64,000 nucleotides of DNA from Octopus vulgaris (taxonomy: Eukaryota), in the NCBI GenBank assembly GCA_951406725.2, contig OX597823.1:68262001-68326000 (forward strand), read 5' to 3'. The notes under the pieces were generated by a model that worked only from the letters and a program-made list of their open reading frames with translations, ran no database searches and was not told where the DNA came from. The stretch's first letter is position 1. Every line of letters starts with the position of its first letter. Shown one piece after another: positions 50,773 through 63,960 of this stretch. The translations under genes were made by a program, and so were the position numbers.

Positions 50773-52692
50773 TTAGGTCGTGAAATTATTCTGCTTTTTT
50801 TACTCCCAAACTTGAAATATATATACCCAAAATGGATTTAAATAACTCTAACCTACATCAATTTTATCCTAAATTTTCAATATGGTGTTGTTTTGAAACA
50901 ATAACTGAAAATTTATATGAAAAACTGATTAGACTCAAAATATCACTCTTATATTATCTTTTAATTGGTTAAATGAATTGGTTGAATGAATTTTTACTCT
51001 TTTCAGATATTCACAAGATGTCAATGCTGAAGACTAGAGGCCAGATGTCATCCCACTTAAACCTGTTAATTGGTACAAGGAAAGAGCTTCCTGCGTCAGA
51101 GCTTCCAACAGTGAGAGACATTTTAAGACATGGGTTACTACTTTGGGAAGAAAATTCCTAGGATAGAAGGAACAATACAAATAAATAACTCATACATGAT
51201 ATACTACCCCATCCTCTGCACTTGATGTCAAAAGCTACTGCACAATTCAAACTTCTAGTGATCATACAGTGTTGAGCAATTGAGCTAAAACTAATGGTAT
51301 AGTGGTGGAAAGCAGTATGCACATCATTTGGTAAAGGAAACTTAGCAATGAAAAATGCTTTTCTACACTCACTTGATACACTGTTCAATATCTTGAGCTG
51401 CAAGTGTTCAATAATTTTGTGATCAAAAGGGAATTGTTCTGGTAAGAGAGGAAATCATTCTCATATTGACTGTTGATGCCTTTCCTAGAGCTACATTTCA
51501 TAAGCTCACAAATGACAAAGGCAGAAGGCCAAGGCAGTATGCAAATAGGCTGGACTTATTATAAAGAAAGTAAGAGACAGATATCTTCTGAAAGAAGGAA
51601 AGGCCTTATCAGAGAGAGGGAAGGAAAGAAGAAAATGATGAGTGAAGTCATGCAAAGAGAACAGCACTGCCATGATTTTTATCAGTTGTTTGATGGTTCT
51701 TCTGAAGAAAATGAGGTAATGTTGGACGAAAATTCTAAAGAATCTTTTGAAACCATACCAAAGAGAGGAAAATACAATACAAGAGACATTTCAAACATGG
51801 CATTAGCTAATATTTGCCACCATACTGGATTCCATAAGGCTGCTGAAATTGCAACTGCCACTTGGATAGATGTAGGTTTCATCCTAATAAACTTAGAAGA
51901 GCACAAGAAAAAGTAATGAATAAGATATCTGATCAGCAAGAAAAAGAAGTAAAAAGAGGGCTCTCCTGTCTTTTGCTTGATGGAAGAATAGATGGAACCA
52001 AAGTTATCGTAGAAGTAGATGGAATTTCCAGAGAATTTCCAGGTCTAATCAAAGAAGAGCTACACTGTCTGCTCTGAGCCTGGTGGTCAATTTTTGTTTC
52101 ATTTTACACCTGAAATTGAAGTGGAAGGGGAAAAACCTGCAGAGGCAATTGCTGATAATATTTTATGCTGGCTTCACGAGAGAGGGCTTGAAAATTCAAT
52201 GCAGGCTATTGGCAGGGTTTCAACAGCAGTGAATACTGGCTGGAAGCGGGATGTAATGAGTTATTTAGAATCTCAAAAGCTTTAAAGACACACCAATGAT
52301 AGTACCAAAATAGCCATCACACCTGCAAAATGTTGAAAGGTGTGTTAAAATGGTCACTGAAGCTGCAAGTCATGTTTACAGTCACGAGAAGCGAAAGCAT
52401 TACATCAAGGCATGAGCAGTCATCCAGCAACTGATGAAGCGAAACAACAGCAAGAAGAATGTGAAGGCTTTGACTACTTTCAAATAGTATATTGGAATAT
52501 ATTATAGTATATATGAAACTTGAAACAGAAAGATGCTGGCGAAAACTCAAAACTCTCAAAACATAAATTTCAATAGTTAATAGTTTTTCTTTCCAGAATT
52601 TTGTTTTATATGCTAAAAGGCAACAATAAATTACTACCAGAATTAAAGATTATAAATTTTCCTATTTATTCCCCAAAATTGACACACCCTAA
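50773..52692 (+). mobile_element. Decayed hAT-like DNA transposon (probably hATm group) with a transposase pseudogene
   Basis: Ends TTAGGTCGTG and CACACCCTAA. ORF pieces ELPTVRDILR, LFNILSCKC, LELHFI..MQIG, LDGRIDGT..KEE, EPGGQFLFHFTP and IGRVSTAVNTG. Many stops. The subgroup is assigned from remembered motifs. Confidence 0.65.
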
Positions 52693-52719
52693 TATATATA
52701 CATTGATGGACTGTATGCT

Positions 52720-55700
52720 CAATGTTTCTGGGTGTAATGTTCACTTGGTTGTTGATACATTGATCTGCGTGGGTGAATATATGGAAGTGTGTATATAGTT
52801 CCTTGTATACTTGTCCTTGAAAAAGTTAGGTATACAGGAACCTTATTCCTGTATATTGATTATTATAGAAATAGGTCGTTAGGTAGAAATTTTTTGTGGA
52901 TATAATTGCTGATTGTTGTAGAAATTTTCGATAATTTTAGTTGAGCTTGTTGATAGAAAATTTATAGTGTTTGTTTTAGAAGAGCGATTGTTGATATTTG
53001 GCAGCAGAAATGTTTGAAAGATTGTCATGTTTAAGTGTTGGAGAAATTTATAGATTTGAAATGTGTTAGCTTGTTGAAGATTATACATTTTCAGGAAGAA
53101 TCTAAATCAGTGCTACAGTTTTGTAAGAAAAGAGAGTTGGCAAAGTTTGTTGTCTGCTTGGTATTGTTGTGCATGACATAGCATTTTGCAGCTGATGCTA
53201 AATGACATATTTTTAAACTTTTGTGTCCCATATACATTGAGACAGTGAAGTGTAATTTTTTTTTTTTTGTTTGGGTTGCAGAAGCATATGTCTGTTGGTG
53301 ATATTGTGCTTGGAACTGGCTAACAGTTGACTCTATGTATGGCTATGGTTGAGGTTGCAGTATTTGTGCTTACAATTGTGCTATAGATAATGTTATTGGT
53401 GAGGCAATTTTCATTTAGAAAGCCAGCTTAACAGGTGTTATAGTTGCTATTATTGGTGTTAGGTGTATGATTTTGGCTTTCATATTTTGAAAGATTTTGT
53501 TGTATACAATTGGTTTTTCAGAGTTGTTAGTCAGTTGTGGAATCAGATATTTATCTATTAGTTTGTAGTACCCGAGGGATGAGATGGAAGTGTTTTTGAA
53601 ATATTTTGAAAAATATACTTGTTATTGGTGTCAAGAATGGCAGACTGAATGAAATAGTTTTCCTATGGAGTTGATATTATATTAAATATTTGCTCACTGG
53701 AAGGTAGAGAAAACAATCTTAGTAATATGTTCTTGACTAAGTTTTTAATTACACTTTTGGAATGATTAAATTTTCTATATATATGCTGGATTTTTTCTAT
53801 TCGTTTCTATAGGGTTTATAAATAGAAGATTCTAAATCTATGATGTTATTGTGCAATTGATTTAAAATGTATGGCTATTGTAAAGGAGAACCCTAAAATT
53901 TTAAAGAGGAGATGTATATCTTTTCCAGATATGTTTCTTTTATTTATGGTTTGAAGTTTCTTTGGATGAGTAAACTGTTGTCTCTGCAGACACCACCTGA
54001 AACAAAGGGGAATTTTATGCGTATAGCTAATAATATATATAAAGACTGATGATGTTGCTTACCTCTGCTGTGTCCTTTGATCTTATGGAAACAGAATAGT
54101 TCATTATTATTTTTTAACCTAGTATGCATTATTGTGAAATAGAAAGAGACTCCTTGCGTTATAGTATTACCTCTATGTCTTTATCATTGATTGTTGTTAT
54201 TGTTTTGGCAAAGTTCAAAGTAGCCATAAGTATTGGTTTTTATTGTGTAGAGCAGGGATCACCAAACATTTTCGACCATTGACCCCCTTTAGCCACTTCT
54301 CCTTCTGCATCGACCTGCTTTAGCCACTTTTCCTTCTGCACCCTACCATACCATATCTTAAATGTGTACCAGGTACTGATGCTGGCAATTAAAATGTAAG
54401 CTAAAATATACATGTATGACAAATTAAGAAATTCCATTGAAGATGACACACTTTTTACACTTAAAACTATGTGTACAAGTAAACAGTATTAAACTTTCAA
54501 TTTTTATGAAATTGTTTTCATGGTTAGAAAATGTAGAAAACACATCATGTTTTCCCACATTTCATGGCACTAACTAAGTATTTCAAGCCATTCATCTGGG
54601 TGAGCTAGTCTTTCAAATGCTGACCCTCATTCGACCCTTTGGCTATCATTAACCCTCTGTGATACCAGCCCCCTTTGGTGTCCCCTGGTGTAGAGTAATA
54701 GTCATTGATGTAAAACTGTAAGAAATGGCACTTATATTTGTTTCAGACTTTATTAAACCAATCAATTACTGCATATGTGTTAGTTGAAAGGAGTGGGGTC
54801 AAGTGTTACTGCATATGTGTTAGTCGAAAGGAGTGGGGGTCAAGTTTTATTGTTGGTATGAATGCGTTAATGATTTTCTTATTAATGATATTCACGTCAG
54901 ATTTAGACGGATTTATTAGTCTGTTATTGAGTTCATATGATAACTAGTTCATAATAATCCTTCATGGTGATATCTAGTTTATAATGATAGTTCATATGAC
55001 ATTTAGCTGTTAAGATAGCAACTCTATAGCCAATTTTTAGGTTGGTAGCAATTTTTTGTCTGTGGTGCATATATAATTTAAGGATGCATATCTTGTATGT
55101 TTTGTATGTGTTAGAAAAGAGTCAGTGGTAAGAAGTTTGATTTATTTGTAGAGATTCTTTGTCTTGTCTGATTCTCCAAACAAACTAGAGCTGGCTTTGA
55201 AATAGTTTTCTGTTTTATCACTTTCTGTAGCGTCTAAATTTGCTTGTTGAATCATATTTTTTGATCATTGTGAATAGTTCATCTTTAAAATATTGTACTA
55301 ATAGATTAGATGGAGAACTTTTGACAGTCTTTAATCTGTAGTGTTTGGTGGAATTTTCATCCTTTTTTGTAGTGGTAAATTTTCCATCTTAGTCACTTGA
55401 TGTAATTTTCAAATTTTGCAGTAGTAACTTCAGGAAATGTCTTTTGGTATTGGTATATTCCTAATGAAGAAGTGTATAGGATGTTGCTACATATTTCTTT
55501 ATTTTCAGTTAGGAAATAGGAATGCACTCATGTTGGAATGGAGCAATTATATTAATGCTTGACTTTATATCAAATTATATATAAAATCAGTTTAACATTC
55601 AACTGAAAGATTACTCAATATTTTTTAGTAGAGTACATACATATTAACTTTTACAAAGAAAAAGTTTCAGCTTGCTTGATCTCATCAGACTTTTGCTTTA

Positions 55701-56200
55701 TTTGAGTTCTTTTTCACTTTATATTATATTTTGCAAATTGTTTTCAGGGTAGGTGGAGTGATGTCAGTAATAATTAGGTGCAAAGTAAACTAGAGAAGAT
55801 GTGTAAAAAGAGCGGGTAGAGAAAGATTGGCAGATAGTATGTGCTTATAGAGTGTGGCCTGATAGAAATTAAGGTGGGAAGATATATTTTGGTTTGATGT
55901 AGAAATTTTGTTATTGTTTAGGATCCACTCAGATGTAAACAGTAGAGTCAATTCTTTGTACAGAAAATTGGTTTTTACAGTGTTTTAGGTTTCACAAAAG
56001 AATGCTTGTAGATAAAACAGTTGGTCACACAGCATAGGTCAGACTGAGGTTGAATTAATGTTGGTGTTATTAGATTACTATTAAGAAATTTTAAACAGGG
56101 GTATTTTGGGAAATTTAAGATTGAAGAGATTATGTTTTTCTAAGTAATTATAAGAATTTCTAGTCTGTTTCAAACTAGGCTATTTCTAGTTACATTACTG
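52720..56200 (-). mobile_element. Decayed Penelope-like element (RT plus GIY-YIG endonuclease)
   Basis: Minus-strand motifs in the expected order: SDKTKNLY (about 55160), RLINPSKSD (about 54910), WF..FLQFYINDYYS (RT motif A, about 54710), GGVCRDNSL (YRDD region, about 53985), NNIIY (about 53390) and TSLSQ.IW (about 53235). Confidence 0.8.
54253..54687. mobile_element. hAT-superfamily MITE (435 bp) with an 8-bp TSD
   Basis: TIRs CAGGGATCACCAAA and TTTGGTGTCCCCTG. Identical TSD GTGTAGAG at 54245-54252 and 54688-54695. Subterminal repeats TTTAGCCACTT.TCCTTCTGCA. Confidence 0.92.
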
Positions 56201-56607
56201 TATCAACTTTTTATCAAATCACAAACTACAAACACATACCACCTACTTATCTTCCTCTATCCCCACTTTTTAAAGAGCTGGTTCACTGGTTTGCATACTC
56301 CACATCTAATTATCATTTATACAGATTTACTTCCTCTCCAAATAAATACTCATTGCCAAAGACTATATAAAGCCAAAAAGAACCAAATAGAACTCAGTCT
56401 GATGAAGATGACCAAGCTAGAATTTCAAAATCTGTCAAGTTTTTCCTTGCAAAAGTAAGTAAATAAATATATATCCACACATACATAAATATATATATAT
56501 ACAAATATGTATATATCCATATATATTATATATAGATATTATATATACATATATATTATATATACAAATATATTATACATACACACACAAACACACACAC
56601 ATATATA

Positions 56608-57516
56608 CAGAGTGCAGTGAATAACTTGTCGTCTTAATTACGCAAAAATGAAAATAACACTGATATCTCATTTTAACAGATGTATTTACCAAAATTACAC
56701 AAAGATATCTTGAAATACTAAAGAGTAAATTTATTCAATAAAATTGCCACTGGCTTCAACCATGACCTCCAGACGACTCCAGAATTTCCTGCAACTCTTC
56801 TGGAGAGTCTCCTTGTTTAAGTTGGTGAATGCTGCCATAATCCTTGCCTTCAGTTCATCTTAGGTGTTACGAGGTGTTTTGTTGGTCTCTCACTCAACTG
56901 CACCCCACACATAATAATCGACAAGGTTGCAGTCTGGGGAGTTAGGTGACCAGATGTTAGGGATGATGTGGTCACACAAATTGTCTGACAGCCATGACTG
57001 GGTTCTCCTACTTGTGTGGCATGGTGCAGAGTTCTGTTGCCAGACATAAGGTCTCCCAGCAGTGACCCTCTTGACCCTGGGCAACACTACCTCCTCCAGG
57101 CACTTGATGAGGGCCTCAGTGTCGAGTCTGAGGTGAGAAGATGAATTGAGGCATAACGTCACCATCACTAGTTATCACTCCAAACATCATGATGTTGACT
57201 GGACATTTGATTTTTATCATTCTTGGTACATGTTTTGAGGGACACAGCAAGACAACGGTTGCTTTGTGTGTTCACCATCTGATCCTGGCAGAAATTTTTC
57301 TTGTCTGAGAAAAAAAACCAAAGCATGTTCGGTTGGAACGGTTGTTTGAGTTTGTTCAAAAGCTTCATAGTGTGGTCTTTCCTCTTGTCCATAATAGCTT
57401 GGGATAAAAATTGTCTCTTTCTCACCTTGCATAAGAAATACTGAATGTCTTCATGCACTACCTGCCAGCTAAGAAAGTCAGACAGTCCCTAGTCCCTGGC
57501 AATGGACCTGATTGAC
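56608..57516 (-). mobile_element. DD37D (maT) transposon, 3' portion with right end
   Basis: ORFs 57168-57458 (WFFFSDKKNF) and 56890-57168 (WQQNSAPCH..WSPNSPDCNLVDYYVW). There are 37 residues between the second catalytic position (here mutated to N) and the third D. End TA|CAGAGTGC. Confidence 0.88.
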
Positions 57517-57519
57517 TTA

Positions 57520-57550
<31 letters not shown>

Positions 57551-57734
57551 GAAATTGGATACATTTACTATTTTGTATTACACATACCTGAAATGCTTCC
57601 AAAATATCACTATCTGTTTTGACTTCATTATTACAACTTTATATATATACATAGGTGTGCATGCATGCGTGTATATACATATATATACACATATAAGAAG
57701 ATTCATATACAAACATGTGGATATATATATATGG

Positions 57735-57915
57735 ATATATACAGGTCTGATAGTTTTGTGAGCTGCATGGCAATCTCCCTAGTACTAGTGAGTATAAAGA
57801 TGTTGGCATCAGGAAAGGCATGAAGTTGTAAAAAACCATGCCTGAGTAGAGGTTGAATCACAATGTGGTCCTTTCAATCTATCCAACCCATGCCAGCATG
57901 AAATATGAAGATGTA
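57735..57915 (+). mobile_element. SINE family C-related fragment
   Basis: GTTGGCATCAGGAAAGGCATG..TCCAACCCATGCCAGCATGAAA. Confidence 0.65.
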
Positions 57916-59814
57916 TGCATGAATACACACACACACACACACTCTCTCTCTCTCTCTCATATATATTGGTATGCTCATGTGTGTGTTTGTGTAAAGGTAA
58001 TTTTTCAAATTTTATTCACTGTCTGTTTAGTTGAGGAAATAACATTTAAATTTATTCCTTCTGTAATGTTGCAGTTAGCATCTTTAAAATCCAACTAGTC
58101 TAAGACAGGTGTTTATTCACTTGTTATATTAGTAGTTGGAAATTTAGCTTATATTCTAATTTTATCAGTCTCTGTTGGTAAAGTGATAGAGTTTATTACA
58201 AGAAGACTATGTATCATAATAAGAATATTTAGTAACTAAATTAACCTTTGACCAACTTATTGCATATAATCAATTGAATGTCAGATGTATACTTCAGAGA
58301 GAAAGCAGTGCGTGATTTATTTGCTTTGTTTCCAAAAGTGATGTTTGTCGTAAACAGCAATTGTCAAGATTGTTGATATTAATCATTTAAGAAACACACA
58401 GAAACAGATAATGCTTTTATTGAGAATAATTTTTTCTTAAATATTTTCTAATGAACTCAATTTATTTTAAATATGAATTAGAGTATTTTATGAGATTTCT
58501 TAAGCAAATATTTAACTTTGATAAACTTTAATTAGCACTATTTAAATATTACACACATATCAATTTCATAAAATATGCAAAAAAGAAGTAGAAACTCTTC
58601 CTGTAAATAAGCTTCCAGAACACATTGTACAACGTGCTATTAAATTATAAACTCTTTCTTCTGAAACAACATTTACAAATTAATTCCATCTTGAAAAACA
58701 AGTGAAAATGATGCTGACTGCAATTTACTTCAAACTTGTACATTCCAAAATAATATGAAGACAAATTTTAATTATTGCCTGCTTATTTCATATATGCACT
58801 CCCTTCCTTATTAAGAAATTAATTCTTAATATTTTAATGTCATATTTACACAAGTTATTGATCTGGTGCAATGTCCAACTAACCTATATTTACAGCAGAA
58901 TCAAAATTATAGCGCTATGGCAGGATAAATACACATGGACCCAACTTATAAGATGAGGCATTTTACAATACTATTAGTTATAATTTCATCAACAAGTTTT
59001 CCAGTTGTTTGTCTCAGCCAACATTACATACATGCATACAGAAGATAGATAGACCGACAGACCAACAGACAGAAAAAAAGCAAGATAAATAGGTTGGTAG
59101 GTAGGTACGTAGGAAGGTAGACAGACACACAGACAGATAGAACTAAACTTGGAAATAAATGAGTACCAAATAATCAAGTAAATCATGTTAGTAGACAAAA
59201 TTAATATGCATGATTTTTCTTACAATGCTTACTGAAACAAAAACTTATTTTGTAATTTGTATAAATATTTTCAAATAAAACTTTTTCCTGTAATATTTGC
59301 AAAAAAGTTTAGCTATTCCCCAAAAATTTTTCTTGTTCCCATGAATTTTCTCACAACACTTAAATAGAAACACTCTTTCACACAAACTATAACACATTTA
59401 GGCAATTACACAAATTTATAGAGGCTGTATTTTACAATGATGTGTCAACAAGATTAAACAAAAATTCTACATTTTTTGTATAAATAATTCAACTCCCTTT
59501 TAAAGGAAACACCCTCAAAATTCTGGAATTAGTGATAAAAGCCCCCAAAACGAATGTCATTTTCATATAATTTACAGCATAAACATATTTACATAAAAGC
59601 ATGAGATGAATAATAAATGAGATAACTAAATCAAATCACAAGGCATTTTCACACTTAATAACGCTGAATTTTCAAGCAAAAAATTAAGAAATAATATTGA
59701 GAACTTCAACAGTAACACTAAGAAAACTTCTTTATTTACCGAGAATTGAATTTTGCTTAAAGATAATCATATGTATGAAAGTATGAACAAGTGCATGAAT
59801 ATATTTCTATTTAC

Positions 59815-60362
59815 ACACGTATATATATGATGCATATACATATATGACTCTGTGAGTGTATATATACATATACGCACATATACATATATATTTATTTATA
59901 TATATGTATATATATAAAAATATATATACAACTAAATATGTATATCTATAAAAATAAATATATATATGTAAATATATATATATTTATATATGTATATATA
60001 TAATTAAATATATATACATATATAAATAAAATACATATATATATATAAATGTATATATAAATTTATATGTATATATATAATTATATATAATTAAATATAT
60101 ATATATATAAATAAAAATACTTATTGTAAATATTTATATATATATATATATATATATATAATTATATATAATTAAATATATATATATATAAATAAAAATA
60201 CTTATTGTAAATATTTATACATATATATATATATATAAAAAAAATACAACTAAATATAGAAATAAATATATGATGAAGGCTGGAGGGTATATCAGCAGAA
60301 ACGTGCGTGTTAACAACGAACAAGATGAGGACAAATCTCCGTCCAATGTAAATAATATAAAG

Positions 60363-60400
<38 letters not shown>

Positions 60401-60894
60401 TATATATATATTTCGAAATGCAGAGTAGGTGAAACAGGGACAACTGAAGAAGTGGGATATTCCTTGTATTGTATGTCTTCTTGTACTCTGTTTTTTTGTT
60501 GTTTGAAGAAAAGTTTGTTTCCATGTTTTTGTTTTTATGTTTTCGTTTCTCATTGTGTTCAACGTTTTTTTCATGTCCTGAACCCATATATGCATGTATA
60601 TATACATATAGATGTAGGTATGTACATATATGCATGTAAATATATGCATATATTTATATATCACTTATATTATTTTATATATTATATATATATATATTAT
60701 TATTTTATATATATATATGTAAATATATATATATATTTATATATGTATATACATATATTTATATATATATATATATATATGTATTTATATTTATATATGT
60801 ATATATATATTTATATTTATATATGTATATATATATATATATAAATATATATATGTATATATATATTTATATTTATATATGTATATATATATAT

Positions 60895-60931
<37 letters not shown>

Positions 60932-60942
60932 CTAAATACATG

Positions 60943-60983
<41 letters not shown>

Positions 60984-61120
60984 GAGTGTATTTTTATTCA
61001 TATATATATATAATATCTATATATATGTATATATATATATATATAACTAAATACATATATAAATAAATATATATATATATAATATCTACATATATATAAC
61101 TATATATAAATATAGATATA

Positions 61121-61167
<47 letters not shown>

Positions 61168-61303
61168 GTAAAGATATATATATACAAATATGTAACTATA
61201 TATATATATATATACACTCACATATATGTAAATATATATATATCAAATCTGTTTTTTCTTCCGTCTTTGTTTTCGTATACACTTGCTGCTTTCTTCTGCT
61301 TTA

Positions 61304-61374
<71 letters not shown>

Positions 61375-61395
61375 TACATAAAGATATATATATTT
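59815..61395. repeat. TA-rich low-complexity block of about 1.6 kb with embedded Penelope-type repeat fragments (60270-60640)
   Basis: Read directly. Units of roughly 60-80 bp (ATAATTAAATATATA..AAATAAAAATAC) repeat at 60000-60220. Confidence 0.9.
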
Positions 61396-61399
61396 TATT

Positions 61400-61545
61400 T
61401 TTTTCAAAAAAATCAACCCCAGCTCTTTTGCAAAGTGTGTTTCTAACTCTATTGGTTTCTTTGCTGAAATGCTAAGTAGCAGAGATGTAAACAACCAAAC
61501 ACCAGTTGCCAAGCAGTACTGGGAAATAAACACACAGACATTCAT
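61400..61545 (-). mobile_element. SINE family A tail fragment
   Basis: TTTGCTGAAATGCTAAGTAGCAGAGATGTAAACAACCAAACACCAGTTG. Confidence 0.6.
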
Positions 61546-61817
61546 AAATAGTTTTATATATGTACACACACACACATACACACACACACATATATCTCAT
61601 GCATGTATGTATAAAGTGTATGTTAAAAATATTCCACTCAAATGAAGAGATATACAAAAGAATAAAAAGAAAATGTATTTTTCTGTTTATGTTGCAGTGA
61701 ATCAACCCCAAAAAATATTATTGCAATTAAATATTTTCAAAATATCTTATTAAACTCTTTGGCATTCATAATTATAAAAATACATCAAAATAAATAATTT
61801 CAAACCGACTTAAAATC

Positions 61818-63357
61818 TTACAGAAAATATTTTCACAATGAACATGTATAAAGTTTTGCAAATAGCCTTTATTAAATATATACTCCTTTAATGGATGTAG
61901 CCACATCATAGACTCACAAAGTAACAAGGGAAGAAATATGGTATGTGTTATTAAATCCAAATTCACCATTGTAAATGTTTGTATGTTTAATCATGTAAGG
62001 GAAAATATATGATATGAATACTAGAAAATGAATTAGGAGTAGGTGTCAGCATTTGATTAATGATTTAAGCTTGTTTATATTTTGCTATGAAATATGCTTC
62101 TTTATTAATTCGTTGTTGTTCTGTCATATTTTCTGCATATTGAAATAGTGGAAAAAGTTTAAAATTTGGTTGCTGAGTTCTTGTACATCTATCTAAACAC
62201 TCACTGAATTGATCTGTTCTACTGTCTGGGTTATTTGCTACCTATGAACTATCATGCCTTTTCTGCATGACCTGATAGTTTGACCAATGCAGTTTTTATC
62301 ACACTTATGACAAAGTTTTCCAAAAGGATTGAGAAGTTGTGTCTTAATTGAAAAATTTGCCCATTTTTGAAATGGAACTTGCAGCCTTCAAATATATTGA
62401 TACACAGTCCATAATTTGATCTTCCACATTTTCTAACTGTTGGGATTTTTGTGATATTGGTAGGTAGTTGGGCACTTGTTAACAGCATTTTCAATGAATG
62501 TGGAGGCTGTTTTTTTTATTTTTAATTATTTTATGTTTTACTAAGATTCTCCTCAATCTAGGACCATGGTTTAACAAGAGTGAATTTTGCTTGATCAAAC
62601 TAAAGGCCTGTTTTCTTCAGACTGTGAATTGAGATGTATGATAAAATATTTGTTCCTGTTTTGGTTTTCACGGTTCTAAGTTTTGCTTAAAAAATGGGCA
62701 AATTTTTAAAATGAAAAATAACTTTCATGCATTTTAAAAACTTAATTTATGTTATAAAATGTGAGTGTACTAAAAACTGTGTTAACCAAACTGGCATGTC
62801 ACTGAGAATATGCATGACAACAAATACAAGATCTGAGCCCTAGAAAAATCTGACTCAGTGAGCATTTAGATAAATGAATAGGAATTCAGCAACCAGATTT
62901 TAAACATTTTTTTTCTCTATACCATTGTGCAGAAAATATGAAAGTACAACAAATAATAAACTTACATTATTGTAAAATATGAACCAAGATTATATCATTA
63001 AGCAAATACTGACCACTTTTCTAATTCTTTATCTAATATTCATAAAACGTATTTCCCCCTTATATTTTTGAGTAATTAAAAGTACAAAAATTCACAATAT
63101 AAATGAAGTTTAAATAATTAACCAAATATTGACACGATTTTCTAATTTTTATATGATATATTTCCACATATTTTTGAATGAATAAAAGTACAAAAATCTA
63201 CAGGGGTTAATTTAGATATGATAACATATACAATATTACTTCCTTTCTTATACTCTGTGAGTCCATGATGAGGATACGTCCAACACCGGTGGTATATATT
63301 AAATGAAAGCTTGTAACAAGCCATTACACTTGTATATTGCAATGAATAGCTTCTGTA
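61818..63357. mobile_element. Old fold-back element of about 1.5 kb with very long inverted arms (about 61818-62215 and 62845-63357)
   Basis: Collinear reverse-complement matches, for example TTTAAAATTTGGTTGCTGAGTTC with GAATTCAGCAACCAGATTTTAAA, CATATTTTCTGCA with TGCAGAAAATATG, and CATCATAGACTCACA with TGTGAGTCCATGATG. Confidence 0.8.
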
Positions 63358-63439
63358 AATACATCAGAACATTAAATATATAACATAGCATTTAGTATAC
63401 TGTACAAGTAAAAAATACAATATATATTTATATATCTTC

Positions 63440-63960
63440 TATTTCTTGGCTTGGCTTTGTGAACAAAGATTAAGAAGGTGTTGGTCCATGTTGACTGCAG
63501 GCATACTTGTGGCTAACAAGGACAATGTGAGACAGGTAGACATTGTTATAGTGCCTGAAGTTGAAGGTCTGATCAGAATTTGATAACATTGTGTGGCAGG
63601 TCTTCCTCCTGTAACTTTTGTCCTTGATAGTGGCCCTGCAGGTTTTTTTTCAAAGGAGCAGACAGCATTGTTGATGGTGAGATGTTAGGTGTCACAGTCT
63701 TCAGCTAGAGTAGACTACTGGTGACGGTTGATGCGACAGGTGCCAAAGAGATTTTTCAGATGGTCCTTGTATTGTTTCTTTTGTGCCCTTCTGCTTTTTA
63801 ATTACAGTTTGGTAAACCCACCTCATCAGATATCCAGAGAAGAGTATCGAAAATTGAAACAAATTCAAAATGGCTTCAAGTTGTTAGGCCTTCTCTTGTG
63901 CCTGATGCAGTTATAGGAGCAACAACTCGTTTCCAACATCCTGTCTGAGCAAATGAAACT
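63440..63960 (-). mobile_element. RTE-BovB-like LINE 3' end
   Basis: Minus strand AQKKQYKDHLKNLFGTCRINRHQ*STLAED..INNAVCSFE, with 3' terminus AAGCCAAGCCAAGAAA. Confidence 0.8.

Noticed and set aside
63240-63352. Exon-like minus-strand frame SYSLQYTSVMACYKLSFNIYHRCWTYPHHGLTE with an AG acceptor
   Set aside because: It is the right arm of the 61818-63357 inverted repeat. The left-arm counterpart differs by indels, and the donors are weak.
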